NCBI GenBank assembly: GCA_017549335.1
Contig: JAFYVB010000019.1
Coordinates: forward strand, 241-64,240
Direction: 5' to 3'
DNA: 64,000 nt
Origin: Clostridia bacterium
Lineage (GTDB): Bacteria; Bacillota; Clostridia; Christensenellales; Aristaeellaceae
Numbering within the stretch: the stretch's first letter is position 1; the number at the start of each line of letters is the position of its first letter. Positions 17,023-26,284 of this stretch are shown here, one piece after another. The position numbers were made by a program, and so were the translations under genes. Under the pieces are notes generated by a model. The model did not search any database, had not been told where the DNA came from, and saw only the letters and a list, made by a program, of their open reading frames with translations.

Positions 17023-18588
17023 TTATTCAGCGATCAGTTTGTTAACCAGTTCAACAACCGCAGTATGCACTTCTTCTGCAGCAGCAGCGCTGATGGCAGT
17101 GCAGGCTTCGGCAGCGGCTTCGGCGGTCTGGGCAGCGGCAACGGCTTCCTGCAGCTGGGTATAAGCAGCGTAGCAGTGATTCTGCAGCGCGTTCATCTTG
17201 CAGTTGACGGTTGCAATCTCATTGACGCTCAAATTGCCATAGGTCACGATGTTGGACAGCGCATCCATCGTCCAGTAGCAGGAATCAGCCCAGTTGGCAG
17301 GCAAAGTCTTGAAGCCTTCCACCTTCACGCGAGCGCCGTCAACATACATGTTCTTGCTGGAAGGATAGCAGACGCCTTCTGCGGGCTTTTCGGTCACGAA
17401 ACCGGCAGCGGCGGTGGAAACCTTAAGTCCCTTGTAAGTGTCGGTCGTCAGCATGGGATAGTAGGGAACGAAAGCGTTGTATTCGCCGTCATCCATGGCA
17501 ACCCATTCAACGGTATCGGTCACGCTGTCTTCGGGGAAGATCTGGAAGATATGGGTTTCCAGGTTGCCGGTCTTACCGATGCCGGGAATCTTGTAGTAGC
17601 CAATCACGTCAGCGACAGTATACAGATGATCCGGCTTCACACTGCTGTAGAAGGGAACGATACTGCCGTCAGCGGCCACATTGGAGATGGTGTAATCGTC
17701 AAAGGTCACGTCATTGCCCATTTCCTTGCCGTTCACATAATCCAGACCGTCCAGCATACGGGAGGAAGGAGTCTGAGCGCCGTTGTAGGACTGCACATAA
17801 TTGATCGTGTTGGCGGCTTCATCGCCCACGTAGGTACCGGCGGCCTTGGCAGTTTCGATAAGTCCGGCGGACGCGACAACGTTATCCGTATCATCCAGAT
17901 CCACCAGACCGATCACAGACTGGTTGGGCTGCACGAAAGCAACATTACCGTTGAGCTTAACCGCGATATACTGATGACCGGTAACGTTTTCAATATACCA
18001 CACTTCGGAGTGGTCCGCAAGGAAGATACCCGATCCATTGTTGCATCCGGATTCATCATAAATCTTGGTAAGCAGATCCAGCGCTTCCTTAGCAGTGGCG
18101 CATTCGCTGAGCAAGATGGTAGTGATTTCAGCTTCCTCGATACCGTCCTTGGTGTAAGGATCAATATTATAGACGGGGCTGACGGTGTTCAGCGTCTCGG
18201 TAGCGGTAACGGTCAATCCCTTTTCGTTGGTACCGGCCGCGCCGTAGGGATTGTGCTTGTGGGTACCGCCGCAGTCAGGGCAAACGTTGCCGACGCCTTC
18301 CCAGTTGTCATCGGACATGGTAGTGAAGGAATAAGAATCCTTAGCGAAGGTGTAGGTGAAGCCGTAGCAACCCTTGTAGAGCTCACCGGCCTTATATTCA
18401 CCGGCCTTGCTAACGTACATCAGTTTATTGTAGCTGTTGGTCAAATCCTCGGAACGGGCAAATATGGCAGAGCCATCAGCCGTCAGGTCGGAACCGACGT
18501 AAATAGCAGTACAAGCCATGGCGCCGGAGGAAAGGCAGAGCATCAGGGCAACGATAAGAGAAATAACGGACTTAAACTTCAAAGACAT
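17023..18588 (-). CDS. secreted C69-family dipeptidase
   Basis: Signal peptide MSLKFKSVISLIVALMLCLSSGAMA, then the nucleophile context CTAIYVG. ATG 18588 was chosen over the longer ORF. Confidence 0.85.
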   Translation of the reverse strand: MSLKFKSVISLIVALMLCLSSGAMACTAIYVGSDLTADGSAIFARSEDLTNSYNKLMYVSKAGEYKAGELYKGCYGFTYTFAKDSYSFTTMSDDNWEGVGNVCPDCGGTHKHNPYGAAGTNEKGLTVTATETLNTVSPVYNIDPYTKDGIEEAEITTILLSECATAKEALDLLTKIYDESGCNNGSGIFLADHSEVWYIENVTGHQYIAVKLNGNVAFVQPNQSVIGLVDLDDTDNVVASAGLIETAKAAGTYVGDEAANTINYVQSYNGAQTPSSRMLDGLDYVNGKEMGNDVTFDDYTISNVAADGSIVPFYSSVKPDHLYTVADVIGYYKIPGIGKTGNLETHIFQIFPEDSVTDTVEWVAMDDGEYNAFVPYYPMLTTDTYKGLKVSTAAAGFVTEKPAEGVCYPSSKNMYVDGARVKVEGFKTLPANWADSCYWTMDALSNIVTYGNLSVNEIATVNCKMNALQNHCYAAYTQLQEAVAAAQTAEAAAEACTAISAAAAEEVHTAVVELVNKLIAE

Positions 18589-18880
18589 TGTGTAAACCTT
18601 CCTTTCATGGATTGCAAAATCTGTTATGTCTTGCTGACACGATGCATTATATTGCATTCTTATACACTTGTCAAGCATATTTATACATCTTTCGAATGTT
18701 TTTTGATTGTATTTCGCCCCATGTCCTTTCCTTCCAAACATGAGCCATTTAGTACATCATCCCTTGTATTGCCTTGTTTGCTTCCCTTTCTGAACCTGAT
18801 TGCATAAGAAAAGCCTGTTCCGCTCGTTTTTCGAAGCCGCGAAACAGGTTTTCACTCAATATATAATTATGCATCGTTCA

Positions 18881-19894
18881 TCAAAAAGATGCATCAATAA
18901 ATTCCGCGAGGGATCTGCGTATTTTCCCCGTATAGCCCGTTACAGAATGGGCTTCCAGCATGGAACGAAGCACGGCCTCCTCCGTTGCCTCCGCCGCTGC
19001 ACGGAAGGCCTGATTGATATGGGATTCATGGATGCAACGAATGTTCATGATTTCATCCGTATCCTCGATGCGGTTTGCCGTTGAGAAACCCACCATGATT
19101 TCTCCGCTGCCATGGCCGATATAGCTGCCCAGTCTTGCAAGGCCGACGCTGCAGCGCTTGATGATCCTCTCCAGTTGTCTGTGAGTAACGGGAAGATCGG
19201 TCGCCAGGATCATGATGCAGCTTCCCTGATCGGGTGTATCTTCCATTATTTTGCGGTTAATCTCTTCCCCCACGTTTTCGCCGTTGATTCTCAAATCCCG
19301 CAGTGACCCATGATTGCTCTGAACAAGCACTCCCAGCGTATATCGCTTCGAGCCGATTTCAATTTCGCGGGAAGAGGAACCAATGCCGCCTTTCAGATCA
19401 TGGCAGGTCATTCCTTTGCCCGCGCCCACGTCGCCCATCTCAAACACATCCGAAGCGTTTTCAACGGCTGCAAACACCTCCTTCTGACCGATCGCACGAT
19501 GGCGGATATCATTGAGAGAGGCGTCGTTGCATTCACACACAACAGGATTGACCGAGCGGATCGCATAGCCACTCTTCTCTGCGCAGCGGCACATATACTC
19601 CACCGCCGCATCATGCACCAAGCCCACATTCAGCGTATTGGTAAGAAAAACCGGCGTTTCAAGGGTGCCCAGCTCATCGATCTGCACAAGTCCTGCCGTT
19701 TTGCCAAAGCCGTTGAGTACATAGCTTGCAGCGATCATTTTACGTTTATAAATATCATCTTCGCAAGGAAGGATCACAGTAACGCCTGTTTTGTGCCGAT
19801 CATTATCCACGGTGCAATGTCCCACGCGAACGCCAGGAACATCACATACGGAATTTCTCTTTCCTTTTTTCATGCGGCCGACGGTAATATCCAT
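18881..19894 (-). CDS. P1/S58 (DmpA-type) aminopeptidase
   Basis: MDITVGR...GVRVGH...TGVTVIL...KGGIGSSS. AAGGAGA RBS before ATG 19894. Confidence 0.85.
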   Translation of the reverse strand: MDITVGRMKKGKRNSVCDVPGVRVGHCTVDNDRHKTGVTVILPCEDDIYKRKMIAASYVLNGFGKTAGLVQIDELGTLETPVFLTNTLNVGLVHDAAVEYMCRCAEKSGYAIRSVNPVVCECNDASLNDIRHRAIGQKEVFAAVENASDVFEMGDVGAGKGMTCHDLKGGIGSSSREIEIGSKRYTLGVLVQSNHGSLRDLRINGENVGEEINRKIMEDTPDQGSCIMILATDLPVTHRQLERIIKRCSVGLARLGSYIGHGSGEIMVGFSTANRIEDTDEIMNIRCIHESHINQAFRAAAEATEEAVLRSMLEAHSVTGYTGKIRRSLAEFIDASF

Positions 19895-20008
19895 GTGTTT
19901 CTCCTTTTGAGTATGTTCTATACAAATTATACTCAAAAAAATCCGTAAGTGCAACGCAATATTCCGAAACCGCGGACATGGGAATACAAAACAAAAACAA
20001 AATAGCCA

Positions 20009-20037
20009 TTGACATCTGCTCAAGCTTCCCCTATAAT
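20009..20037 (+). promoter_or_regulatory. consensus sigma-A promoter
   Basis: TTGACA, a 17-nt spacer, then TATAAT. Confidence 0.7.
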
Positions 20038-20055
20038 GACCTCAATCTCAACGAA

Positions 20056-20176
20056 GCCTGCAGAATTGACAAAAAACCGCAGGCGGAGGGAACTCCGGAG
20101 AATCTCTTCAGTGAGTGCCGAAGGTGCAAAGCCGGTTATACCGGTGGAATCTCTCAGGCAAAAGGACGGAGCAGGC
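20056..20176 (+). promoter_or_regulatory. glycine riboswitch (single aptamer with 5' accessory hairpin)
   Basis: CCGGAGAAUCUC...GCCGAAGGUGCAA...GAAUCUCUCAGGCAAAAGGAC matches the conserved glycine aptamer core. The downstream gene is an alanine/glycine:cation symporter. Confidence 0.75.
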
Positions 20177-20271
20177 TATCAATATACATTCGTGTATCAG
20201 CTGTCTGCATCAGTCCCCCGGAGCTGCCTGAATGGGCGACTATTTTTTATTTCAGAAAGGGGACGCACACC

Positions 20272-21786
20272 ATGGAACAATTCTTCTCTGCCATCGCCAA
20301 AGGAAACGACGTCATCAACACCTTCATCTGGACGACGCTGGGTCTTGTACTGCTGCTTTCCACAGGTCTTCTCACCACCATCATCACCAAGTTCTTCCAA
20401 GTAACGCAGGTTAAACTCTGGTGGAAAAACACCATCGGCAGCCTCTTTAAGAAAGAGGTTATTGCTCACAGCAAGGATAAGAGCTCCATTTCTCCGTTCC
20501 AGGCGCTTTGCACGGCGCTTGCCGCCACCATCGGCGTGGGCAATATCGCCGGCGTTGCCACGGCTATTTGCATCGGCGGCCCCGGCGCCGTCTTCTGGAT
20601 GTGGGTTGCCGCTTTCCTTGGTATGATGACCAACTACTCCGAAAACGTACTGGGCATCTACTACCGTCGCCGCAACGCCAGCGGCGAATGGAGCGGAGGC
20701 GCCATGTATTACCTCAAAGACGGTCTGGGTGCCAAAAAAGGCTGCAAGAAGCTGGGTAAAATCCTTGCCGTTCTTTTCAGCATCTTCACGCTGTTTGCCT
20801 CCTTCGGCATCGGCGCCATGGGACAGGTCAACAAGATCGTTGTCAACATCGAATCCGCTTTCCCCATCAGCACGCTCAACAACGTAGTATTGTATGAAGG
20901 CGTTTCCCTCTACTCACTGCTGATCGGCCTTGCCTTGGTCGCTCTGGCTGCCGCCATCACGCTGGGCGGCCTCAAGCGCGTTGCCAACTTTGCCGAAAAG
21001 GTCGTTCCTTTCATGGTCGTTCTGTTTATCAGCGGCAGCATCGTTATCATCCTGAAGAACTATGACAGCATTCTGCCCGCCTTCGGTTCCATCTTCAAGA
21101 CCGCCTTCTCTCCCCTTGCCGTAGCCGGCGGTACCGTTGGCGCCGCCATCAAGACCGCCATGGTACAAGGCTTCAAGCGCGGCGTATTCTCCAACGAAGC
21201 CGGTCTTGGTTCCTCGGTCATGGTTCACTCCAACTCCAACATTAAAGAACCCGTCAAGCAGGGTATGTGGGGCATCTTCGAAGTATTTGCCGATACCATG
21301 GTGGTATGCACCATGACCGCTTTGGTCGTTCTCACCTCCGGCGTTTATGACCTGAACACCGGCGCCATCGCTGCAGGTCTTGGCAACGACGCCACCCTCG
21401 TGGCTGCTGCTTTCAACTCCGTATTCCCCTTTGCCGATATCGGCAAAAAGTTTGTTGCCATCGCCATCCTGCTCTTCGCCTTCACCACCGTGCTGGGCTG
21501 GAACCATTACGGCACCAAGGCTTGGGAATATCTCTTCGGCGAAAAGAGCACCAAGGTTTATAAGGTCATCCATCTTGTCATGATCCTCTGCGGCGCGCTG
21601 CTGACCTCCTCCCTGGCATGGGATATTTCCGACACCTTCAACGGTCTGATGATGATCCCCAACCTGATCGGCGTGATCGCCCTGTCCGGTCTTGTCTATA
21701 AGATCACGAAAAACTATCTTGACCGACAGAAGGATCCTTCCGTTAAGCCCATCCTGAACATCTTCGAAGACGAGGAAGCAAAATAA
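20272..21786 (+). CDS. agcS: alanine/glycine:cation symporter (AGCS family)
   Basis: 504 aa, polytopic, with a family-typical N-terminus and motifs (FQALCTALAATIGVGNIAGVATAI). RBS AAAGGGGA. Confidence 0.9.
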   Translation: MEQFFSAIAKGNDVINTFIWTTLGLVLLLSTGLLTTIITKFFQVTQVKLWWKNTIGSLFKKEVIAHSKDKSSISPFQALCTALAATIGVGNIAGVATAICIGGPGAVFWMWVAAFLGMMTNYSENVLGIYYRRRNASGEWSGGAMYYLKDGLGAKKGCKKLGKILAVLFSIFTLFASFGIGAMGQVNKIVVNIESAFPISTLNNVVLYEGVSLYSLLIGLALVALAAAITLGGLKRVANFAEKVVPFMVVLFISGSIVIILKNYDSILPAFGSIFKTAFSPLAVAGGTVGAAIKTAMVQGFKRGVFSNEAGLGSSVMVHSNSNIKEPVKQGMWGIFEVFADTMVVCTMTALVVLTSGVYDLNTGAIAAGLGNDATLVAAAFNSVFPFADIGKKFVAIAILLFAFTTVLGWNHYGTKAWEYLFGEKSTKVYKVIHLVMILCGALLTSSLAWDISDTFNGLMMIPNLIGVIALSGLVYKITKNYLDRQKDPSVKPILNIFEDEEAK

Positions 21787-21797
21787 GACAAATAAAC

Positions 21798-21831
21798 GCC
21801 CCGTGAGAAAATGCTCACGGGGTATTTTTTA
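21798..21831. terminator. bidirectional terminator
   Basis: CCCCGTGAG-N6-CTCACGGGG followed by a T-run. Confidence 0.7.
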
Positions 21832-22671
21832 TTCGGCTGTCACAAATGCAGCGCCATACGCACCGGGACCGATATGCGGTGCGATCGCCGTGCCAATAGC
21901 AGATTTCAGCGCTTCATCCGTCTGCACACCAAGCGTTTTGAGCTTTTCAACGAGAGCCCGGCAGTTGGTATCATCGTAGGAATAAAGCGGAATTACGGGA
22001 TGTTCCCTGTCAATTTTGATTGCAGCAATGCGTTTTGCCAGGCTCTCGATGGCTCGATGGCGACCAAGCGCTTTTCCCGTCATGACGATCCTGCCGTCTT
22101 CGGAAACAGTCAGCAGCGGCTTGATCTTCGCCAGCGTACCGATACTCGCCACAGTCTTGGAAATTCGTCCGCTGCGTGCCAGATTATCCAGCGTATCAAG
22201 GCTTGCAAACAGGCGGATACGCTTCTTAACTTCATTCAGTTTGCTGACGATCTCCCCGGCAAGCGCCTTTCCCTCATCGCGCAGACGGCAGGCATGCATG
22301 ACCAGCAGCTTTTGTCCGGCAGCGCCGTTAAGAGAATCCACAATGTGCAGCTTGTCATACGAAAGCATGGAAGCGGCAATTCTTGCGCTTTGAAGCGTGC
22401 CTGACAGCGCCGACGAAATGGAAATATACACAGCCTCTTCGCCTTTTTCTTTTATGTTTTCAAAAATCTTCAAAAATGCGTCGGGCGATGGTTGGCTGGT
22501 TTTTACGTCTTCACCGGAAAGAAGACCGTTCCAAAATGCACTCTCCGTCAAGTCAATACCGGGCGTGTAACTTTTATTTCCGATCATCACCTGTGTACGG
22601 ACGCACTCAACATCAAAAGTTTTCAGTTCTTCATTGGTAAAATCCGCCGCAGAATCCGTGATAATGCGCAT
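21829..22671 (-). CDS. DegV-family fatty-acid-binding protein
   Basis: MRIITDSAADF... and the overall DegV pattern. GGAGGG RBS. Confidence 0.9.
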   Translation of the reverse strand: MRIITDSAADFTNEELKTFDVECVRTQVMIGNKSYTPGIDLTESAFWNGLLSGEDVKTSQPSPDAFLKIFENIKEKGEEAVYISISSALSGTLQSARIAASMLSYDKLHIVDSLNGAAGQKLLVMHACRLRDEGKALAGEIVSKLNEVKKRIRLFASLDTLDNLARSGRISKTVASIGTLAKIKPLLTVSEDGRIVMTGKALGRHRAIESLAKRIAAIKIDREHPVIPLYSYDDTNCRALVEKLKTLGVQTDEALKSAIGTAIAPHIGPGAYGAAFVTAE

Positions 22672-22818
22672 ACTGTCCCTCCGATTTTTGACAATCTACA
22701 CTTAAATTATAAGGCTACGTTATATCTTTTGTCAAGTTTTTCAACAACCGCTCGGAAGGCTTTCTTGTACCGATTCACCCATAGACCGGCCAATTCATAT
22801 ATTGCATTGTGAAGCTGT

Positions 22819-22856
22819 GTGAAAATTGTTTCACTTATTGCACAGTTGTGTATAAT
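22819..22856 (+). promoter_or_regulatory. palindromic operator candidate plus -10 box upstream of the ZIP transporter
   Basis: GTGAAA-ATTG-TTTCAC (22819-22834) lies 16 nt upstream of TATAAT (22851-22856). Confidence 0.35.
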
Positions 22857-22887
22857 ATATTTGAATCCTGCATACCGAGGTGATACA

Positions 22888-23670
22888 ATGACGTTTGAAA
22901 TCCTGCGTGAAATACTTGTTCCTTTTCTCGGCACAACGCTGGGCGCCGGCTGTGTATTTTTCGTCAAAAAGCAGTTAAATCTTTCAATCCAACGCGCACT
23001 GACAGGCTTTGCCGCAGGCGTGATGGTAGCCGCATCCGTTTTCAGTCTGCTTCTTCCTGCCGTTGAGCAAGCCGCTCCCATGGGCAAATTCTCATTCTTC
23101 CCAGCTGTATCGGGTTTTCTTGCAGGTATTTTCTTTTTGATGCTGCTTGACCGCATCATCCCCCATCTGCACATGAACAGCGACAGCCCTGAAGGCATCC
23201 GAAGCAAACTGAAGCGCTCCTCCATGATGACGCTGGCTGTTGCCCTTCACAATCTTCCCGAGGGAATGGCTGTCGGCGTTGTGCTGGCAGGTCTACTCAA
23301 AGGAACGCCCGGCATCTCCACCGCCGCCGCGCTTACACTGTCGCTGGGAATCGCCATTCAGAATTTTCCCGAAGGCGCGATCATCGCCATCCCACTTCGC
23401 AACGAAGGCATGAAGCGCGGAAAGGCCTTTCTTTTGGGTACGCTTTCGGGTGTGGTAGAACCCATCGGAGCCGTATTGACGCTGCTTGCAGCCGATCTGA
23501 TCGTTCCCGCCATGCCCTATCTTCTCAGTTTCGCCGCAGGTGCAATGCTGTACGTCGTTGTGGAAGAGCTGATTCCCGAAATGTCAGAGGGTGCCCATTC
23601 CCACGTTGGTACGGTGCTGTTTGCCGTTGGCTTTTCACTGATGATGGCGCTGGACGTTATCCTTGGCTGA
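22888..23670 (+). CDS. ZIP-family metal (zinc) transporter
   Basis: HNLPEGMAVG and IQNFPEGAI motifs. GAGGTGA RBS. Confidence 0.9.
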   Translation: MTFEILREILVPFLGTTLGAGCVFFVKKQLNLSIQRALTGFAAGVMVAASVFSLLLPAVEQAAPMGKFSFFPAVSGFLAGIFFLMLLDRIIPHLHMNSDSPEGIRSKLKRSSMMTLAVALHNLPEGMAVGVVLAGLLKGTPGISTAAALTLSLGIAIQNFPEGAIIAIPLRNEGMKRGKAFLLGTLSGVVEPIGAVLTLLAADLIVPAMPYLLSFAAGAMLYVVVEELIPEMSEGAHSHVGTVLFAVGFSLMMALDVILG

Positions 23671-23689
23671 CTTTTTGCAATATATTAAA

Positions 23690-23716
23690 TGCCGGCACAA
23701 ACGCCGGCGTTTTTTA
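23690..23716 (+). terminator. intrinsic terminator
   Basis: GCCGGC-N6-GCCGGC followed by TTTTTT. Confidence 0.6.
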
Positions 23717-23775
23717 TTGCAGAAATGCAGCTGTGCATGATATAATGGGCTCATCCCTGCACGGAGGCCATGCGA

Positions 23776-24882
23776 ATGAACGCGATTAAATATACCATGC
23801 TCTTTTTCGCCATACTGGGCGCTGTTGACCGCATCATTGGCAATCGTTTCGGTCTTGGGAAAGAGTTTGAAAAAGGATTTATGATGCTTGGCAACATGGC
23901 GCTGAGCATGATCGGCATGATCGTTCTTTCTCCCTGGCTTGCCGAGATTCTCAAGCCTGTTTTTGCCTTCTTTTCCGACACACTGCAAATTGACCCATCC
24001 ATCATACCCGCATCATTGTTTGCCAACGACATGGGCGGCGCCCCTCTCGCCAAAGCCGTCGCGCTGAATACGGATATCGGTTTGTTCAATGCACTGATTG
24101 TTTCTTCCATGATGGGCTGCACCGTTTCCTTTACTATCCCCTACGGTTTAGGCCTCGTTTCCCCTTCTCAGCATCGCGAAATGCTGCTTGGCTTGCTATG
24201 CGGGATCGTGACCATTCCGCTGGGCTGCTTTTTTGCAGGATTATTGCTTTACATTCCGCTTTCTGCACTGCTAATCAACCTGCTGCCGCTGATTGCTTTT
24301 TCCTTGCTGATCAGCATCGGGCTGATGCTCAAACCCGAAGTCTGTGTGAAGATTTTCAACATTTTCGGATTATTTATCAAAGGGCTGATCACCGTCGGCC
24401 TGATCCTGGGCGTGATTCGCTACCTGACAGGCTTCGAGCTGATTAAAGGACTGGAAACGCTGGAGGAAGGCGCGTCGGTTTGCCTCAACGCTGCCGCCGT
24501 CATCTGCGGCGCGTTCCCATTGATGTATATTGTATCCGGCCTGCTCAAAAAACCTGTTAAAAAATTCGCAGCGCTGCTTCACGTCAATGAGATCTCCGTC
24601 GTCGGTCTTATTTCTTCCTCCGCAACAAGCATGACCACCTTCGGCTTTATGGATCAGATGGACAAAAAGGGCGTTCTTCTCAACTGCGCATTTGCCGTAT
24701 CCGGCGCGTTTACTTTCGCCGGTCATCTTGCCTTTACCATGGCTTTTAATGCAAGCTATCTGCCCGCCATGATCCTTGGCAAGCTATCTGCCGGCATTCT
24801 CGCCGTGTTCCTTGCAAATCTGCTCAGTAATCGACTTTTGAAACAACCAGAAGGGATGAAAGCAAATGACCATTACCAATGA
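23776..24882 (+). CDS. eutH: EutH-family membrane transporter
   Basis: AVDRI, FEKGF and ANDMGGAPLAK blocks match E. coli EutH. GGAGG lies 8 nt upstream of ATG 23776. Confidence 0.8.
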   Translation: MNAIKYTMLFFAILGAVDRIIGNRFGLGKEFEKGFMMLGNMALSMIGMIVLSPWLAEILKPVFAFFSDTLQIDPSIIPASLFANDMGGAPLAKAVALNTDIGLFNALIVSSMMGCTVSFTIPYGLGLVSPSQHREMLLGLLCGIVTIPLGCFFAGLLLYIPLSALLINLLPLIAFSLLISIGLMLKPEVCVKIFNIFGLFIKGLITVGLILGVIRYLTGFELIKGLETLEEGASVCLNAAAVICGAFPLMYIVSGLLKKPVKKFAALLHVNEISVVGLISSSATSMTTFGFMDQMDKKGVLLNCAFAVSGAFTFAGHLAFTMAFNASYLPAMILGKLSAGILAVFLANLLSNRLLKQPEGMKANDHYQ

Positions 24883-25717
24883 ATCAATTTCCCAGTGGAT
24901 CTGTGATTACATGGCTGATCCTGCGCACAACACCATGAAGGAGCTGCCCCTTCCCGCTTTTGATATGCCGCTGGTTGGTTTCAGCGCCGCCACCGATCCT
25001 TATTTCGCCTTCTATAAGGAACATATCGATCCGAATTTCTACCGACTGCCCACCCAGTGGCTGGAAAGCACCTTCAGTCATACCTTCGATCCGGAGAACG
25101 TTTCGATCATCAGCTGGGTTCTTCCGCATACGGAGGATACCCGCAAAAAGAGCGCCGCCTGCACCGATGCTCCCACTATGGAGTGGGAACATGTGCGTGT
25201 ACACGGCGAAGAATGCAACCGCGATCTGGCAAAAGCGCTGGAGACATTCTTCAATGAAAACGGCATCGAAGCCGTCGCGCCCATGTGCTCTCCCGAATTT
25301 TCATGGGGTGACAGCGAAAAGTTTGTTGTTGTATCCAACTGGTCCGAGCGTCACACCGCGTTTATCTCCGGTCTTGGCACCTTCGGTCTGTGTGACGGTC
25401 TTATTTCGAAAAAAGGCAAAGCAGCGCGATACGGTTCTGTGATCGTCAACTGCAAGCTTACCCCCACCGAACGTACGTACACCGAATACAACGAATACTG
25501 TCAGGCGAAAAACGGCTGCACCGCCTGTATCCGCCGCTGCCCTGCCGGCGCTATCACGCCCGACGGTGGTCATGACAAAAACAAGTGCCGCGCTTATCAC
25601 GCAGAAGTTATCAAGCCGCTGCTGAAAGACCGCTACGGTTACGAAGGTTACGCCGTTTGCGGGCTCTGCCAAACCGGTGTACCTTGTGAATGCAAAATTC
25701 CTACAGAAAAGGATTAA
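24866..25717 (+). CDS. 4Fe-4S protein, epoxyqueuosine reductase (QueG)/reductive-dehalogenase-like
   Basis: WSERHTAFISGLGTFG block and two Cys clusters (CTACIRRCP, CGLCQTGVPC). It overlaps eutH by 17 nt. Confidence 0.65.
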   Translation: MTITNESISQWICDYMADPAHNTMKELPLPAFDMPLVGFSAATDPYFAFYKEHIDPNFYRLPTQWLESTFSHTFDPENVSIISWVLPHTEDTRKKSAACTDAPTMEWEHVRVHGEECNRDLAKALETFFNENGIEAVAPMCSPEFSWGDSEKFVVVSNWSERHTAFISGLGTFGLCDGLISKKGKAARYGSVIVNCKLTPTERTYTEYNEYCQAKNGCTACIRRCPAGAITPDGGHDKNKCRAYHAEVIKPLLKDRYGYEGYAVCGLCQTGVPCECKIPTEKD

Positions 25718-25720
25718 TTT

Positions 25721-26254
25721 ATGGAATACACACTCAAAAACGGAAAAACCCTTACCGTTCGTCAGCTCATCCCGGACGACGCTCAGGAGATGCTGGATCT
25801 TTTGAAGACCGCCGATACGGAAACGCGCTTTTTGGCGCGCAACCCCGGCGAACTTACGCTGACCGTCGAGAAAGAACGCAGTTTTATCGAAAACGGCCTG
25901 CAGGATACCAATTCCGCAAAATTCGCCGCTTTTTATGAAGGAAAGCTGGTGGGTCACTGCTCCATCGGCCTCGTCCGCAGCCGTCAGCGTTTTCGACATC
26001 GCTCCGAAGTCGCCTTCCTGCTCTATAAGGATTTCTGGGGGCTTGGCATCGGAAGCTGCATGATGGAAGAATGCATCCGATGGGCGCAGGAACATGGCGT
26101 CCTGCAGATCGAACTGGATGTCGTTGCGCAGAACGAGCGGGCGATGGCACTATACCGCAAATACGGTTTTGAAATCTGCGGAACTCTCCCCCGTGCTCTG
26201 CGGTATCCCGACGGCACCTTTGCCGACGAATACAGAATGATCAAAATACTGTAA
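25721..26254 (+). CDS. GNAT-family N-acetyltransferase
   Basis: GLGIG...A..LY.K.GF pattern. 3 nt after the upstream stop. Confidence 0.85.
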   Translation: MEYTLKNGKTLTVRQLIPDDAQEMLDLLKTADTETRFLARNPGELTLTVEKERSFIENGLQDTNSAKFAAFYEGKLVGHCSIGLVRSRQRFRHRSEVAFLLYKDFWGLGIGSCMMEECIRWAQEHGVLQIELDVVAQNERAMALYRKYGFEICGTLPRALRYPDGTFADEYRMIKIL

Positions 26255-26284
26255 ACTTTCAAGTATTTTCAGGAGGAACTCGCT

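Noticed and set aside
15262-18807. Long plus-strand ORFs 15262..16944 (560 aa) and 16999..18807 (602 aa)
   Set aside because: They are antisense to four clearly identifiable minus-strand genes (nucleosidase, TIM barrel, C69 peptidase). They have low-complexity composition and no start context.
19978-20271. N-terminal 98-codon extension of the agcS ORF, and similar 5' extensions of other ORF-track entries (e.g. 18589-18741, 19895-20023, 32432-33100, 48118-48306, 59228-59407)
   Set aside because: The extensions overlap riboswitch or T-box leaders, promoters or upstream genes. Internal starts with proper RBS and family-typical N-termini were chosen instead.
20177-20271. A second glycine aptamer (tandem architecture)
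   Set aside because: There is no second CCGAAGG-GCAA or CUCAGGCAAAAGGAC core downstream or upstream of the single aptamer.
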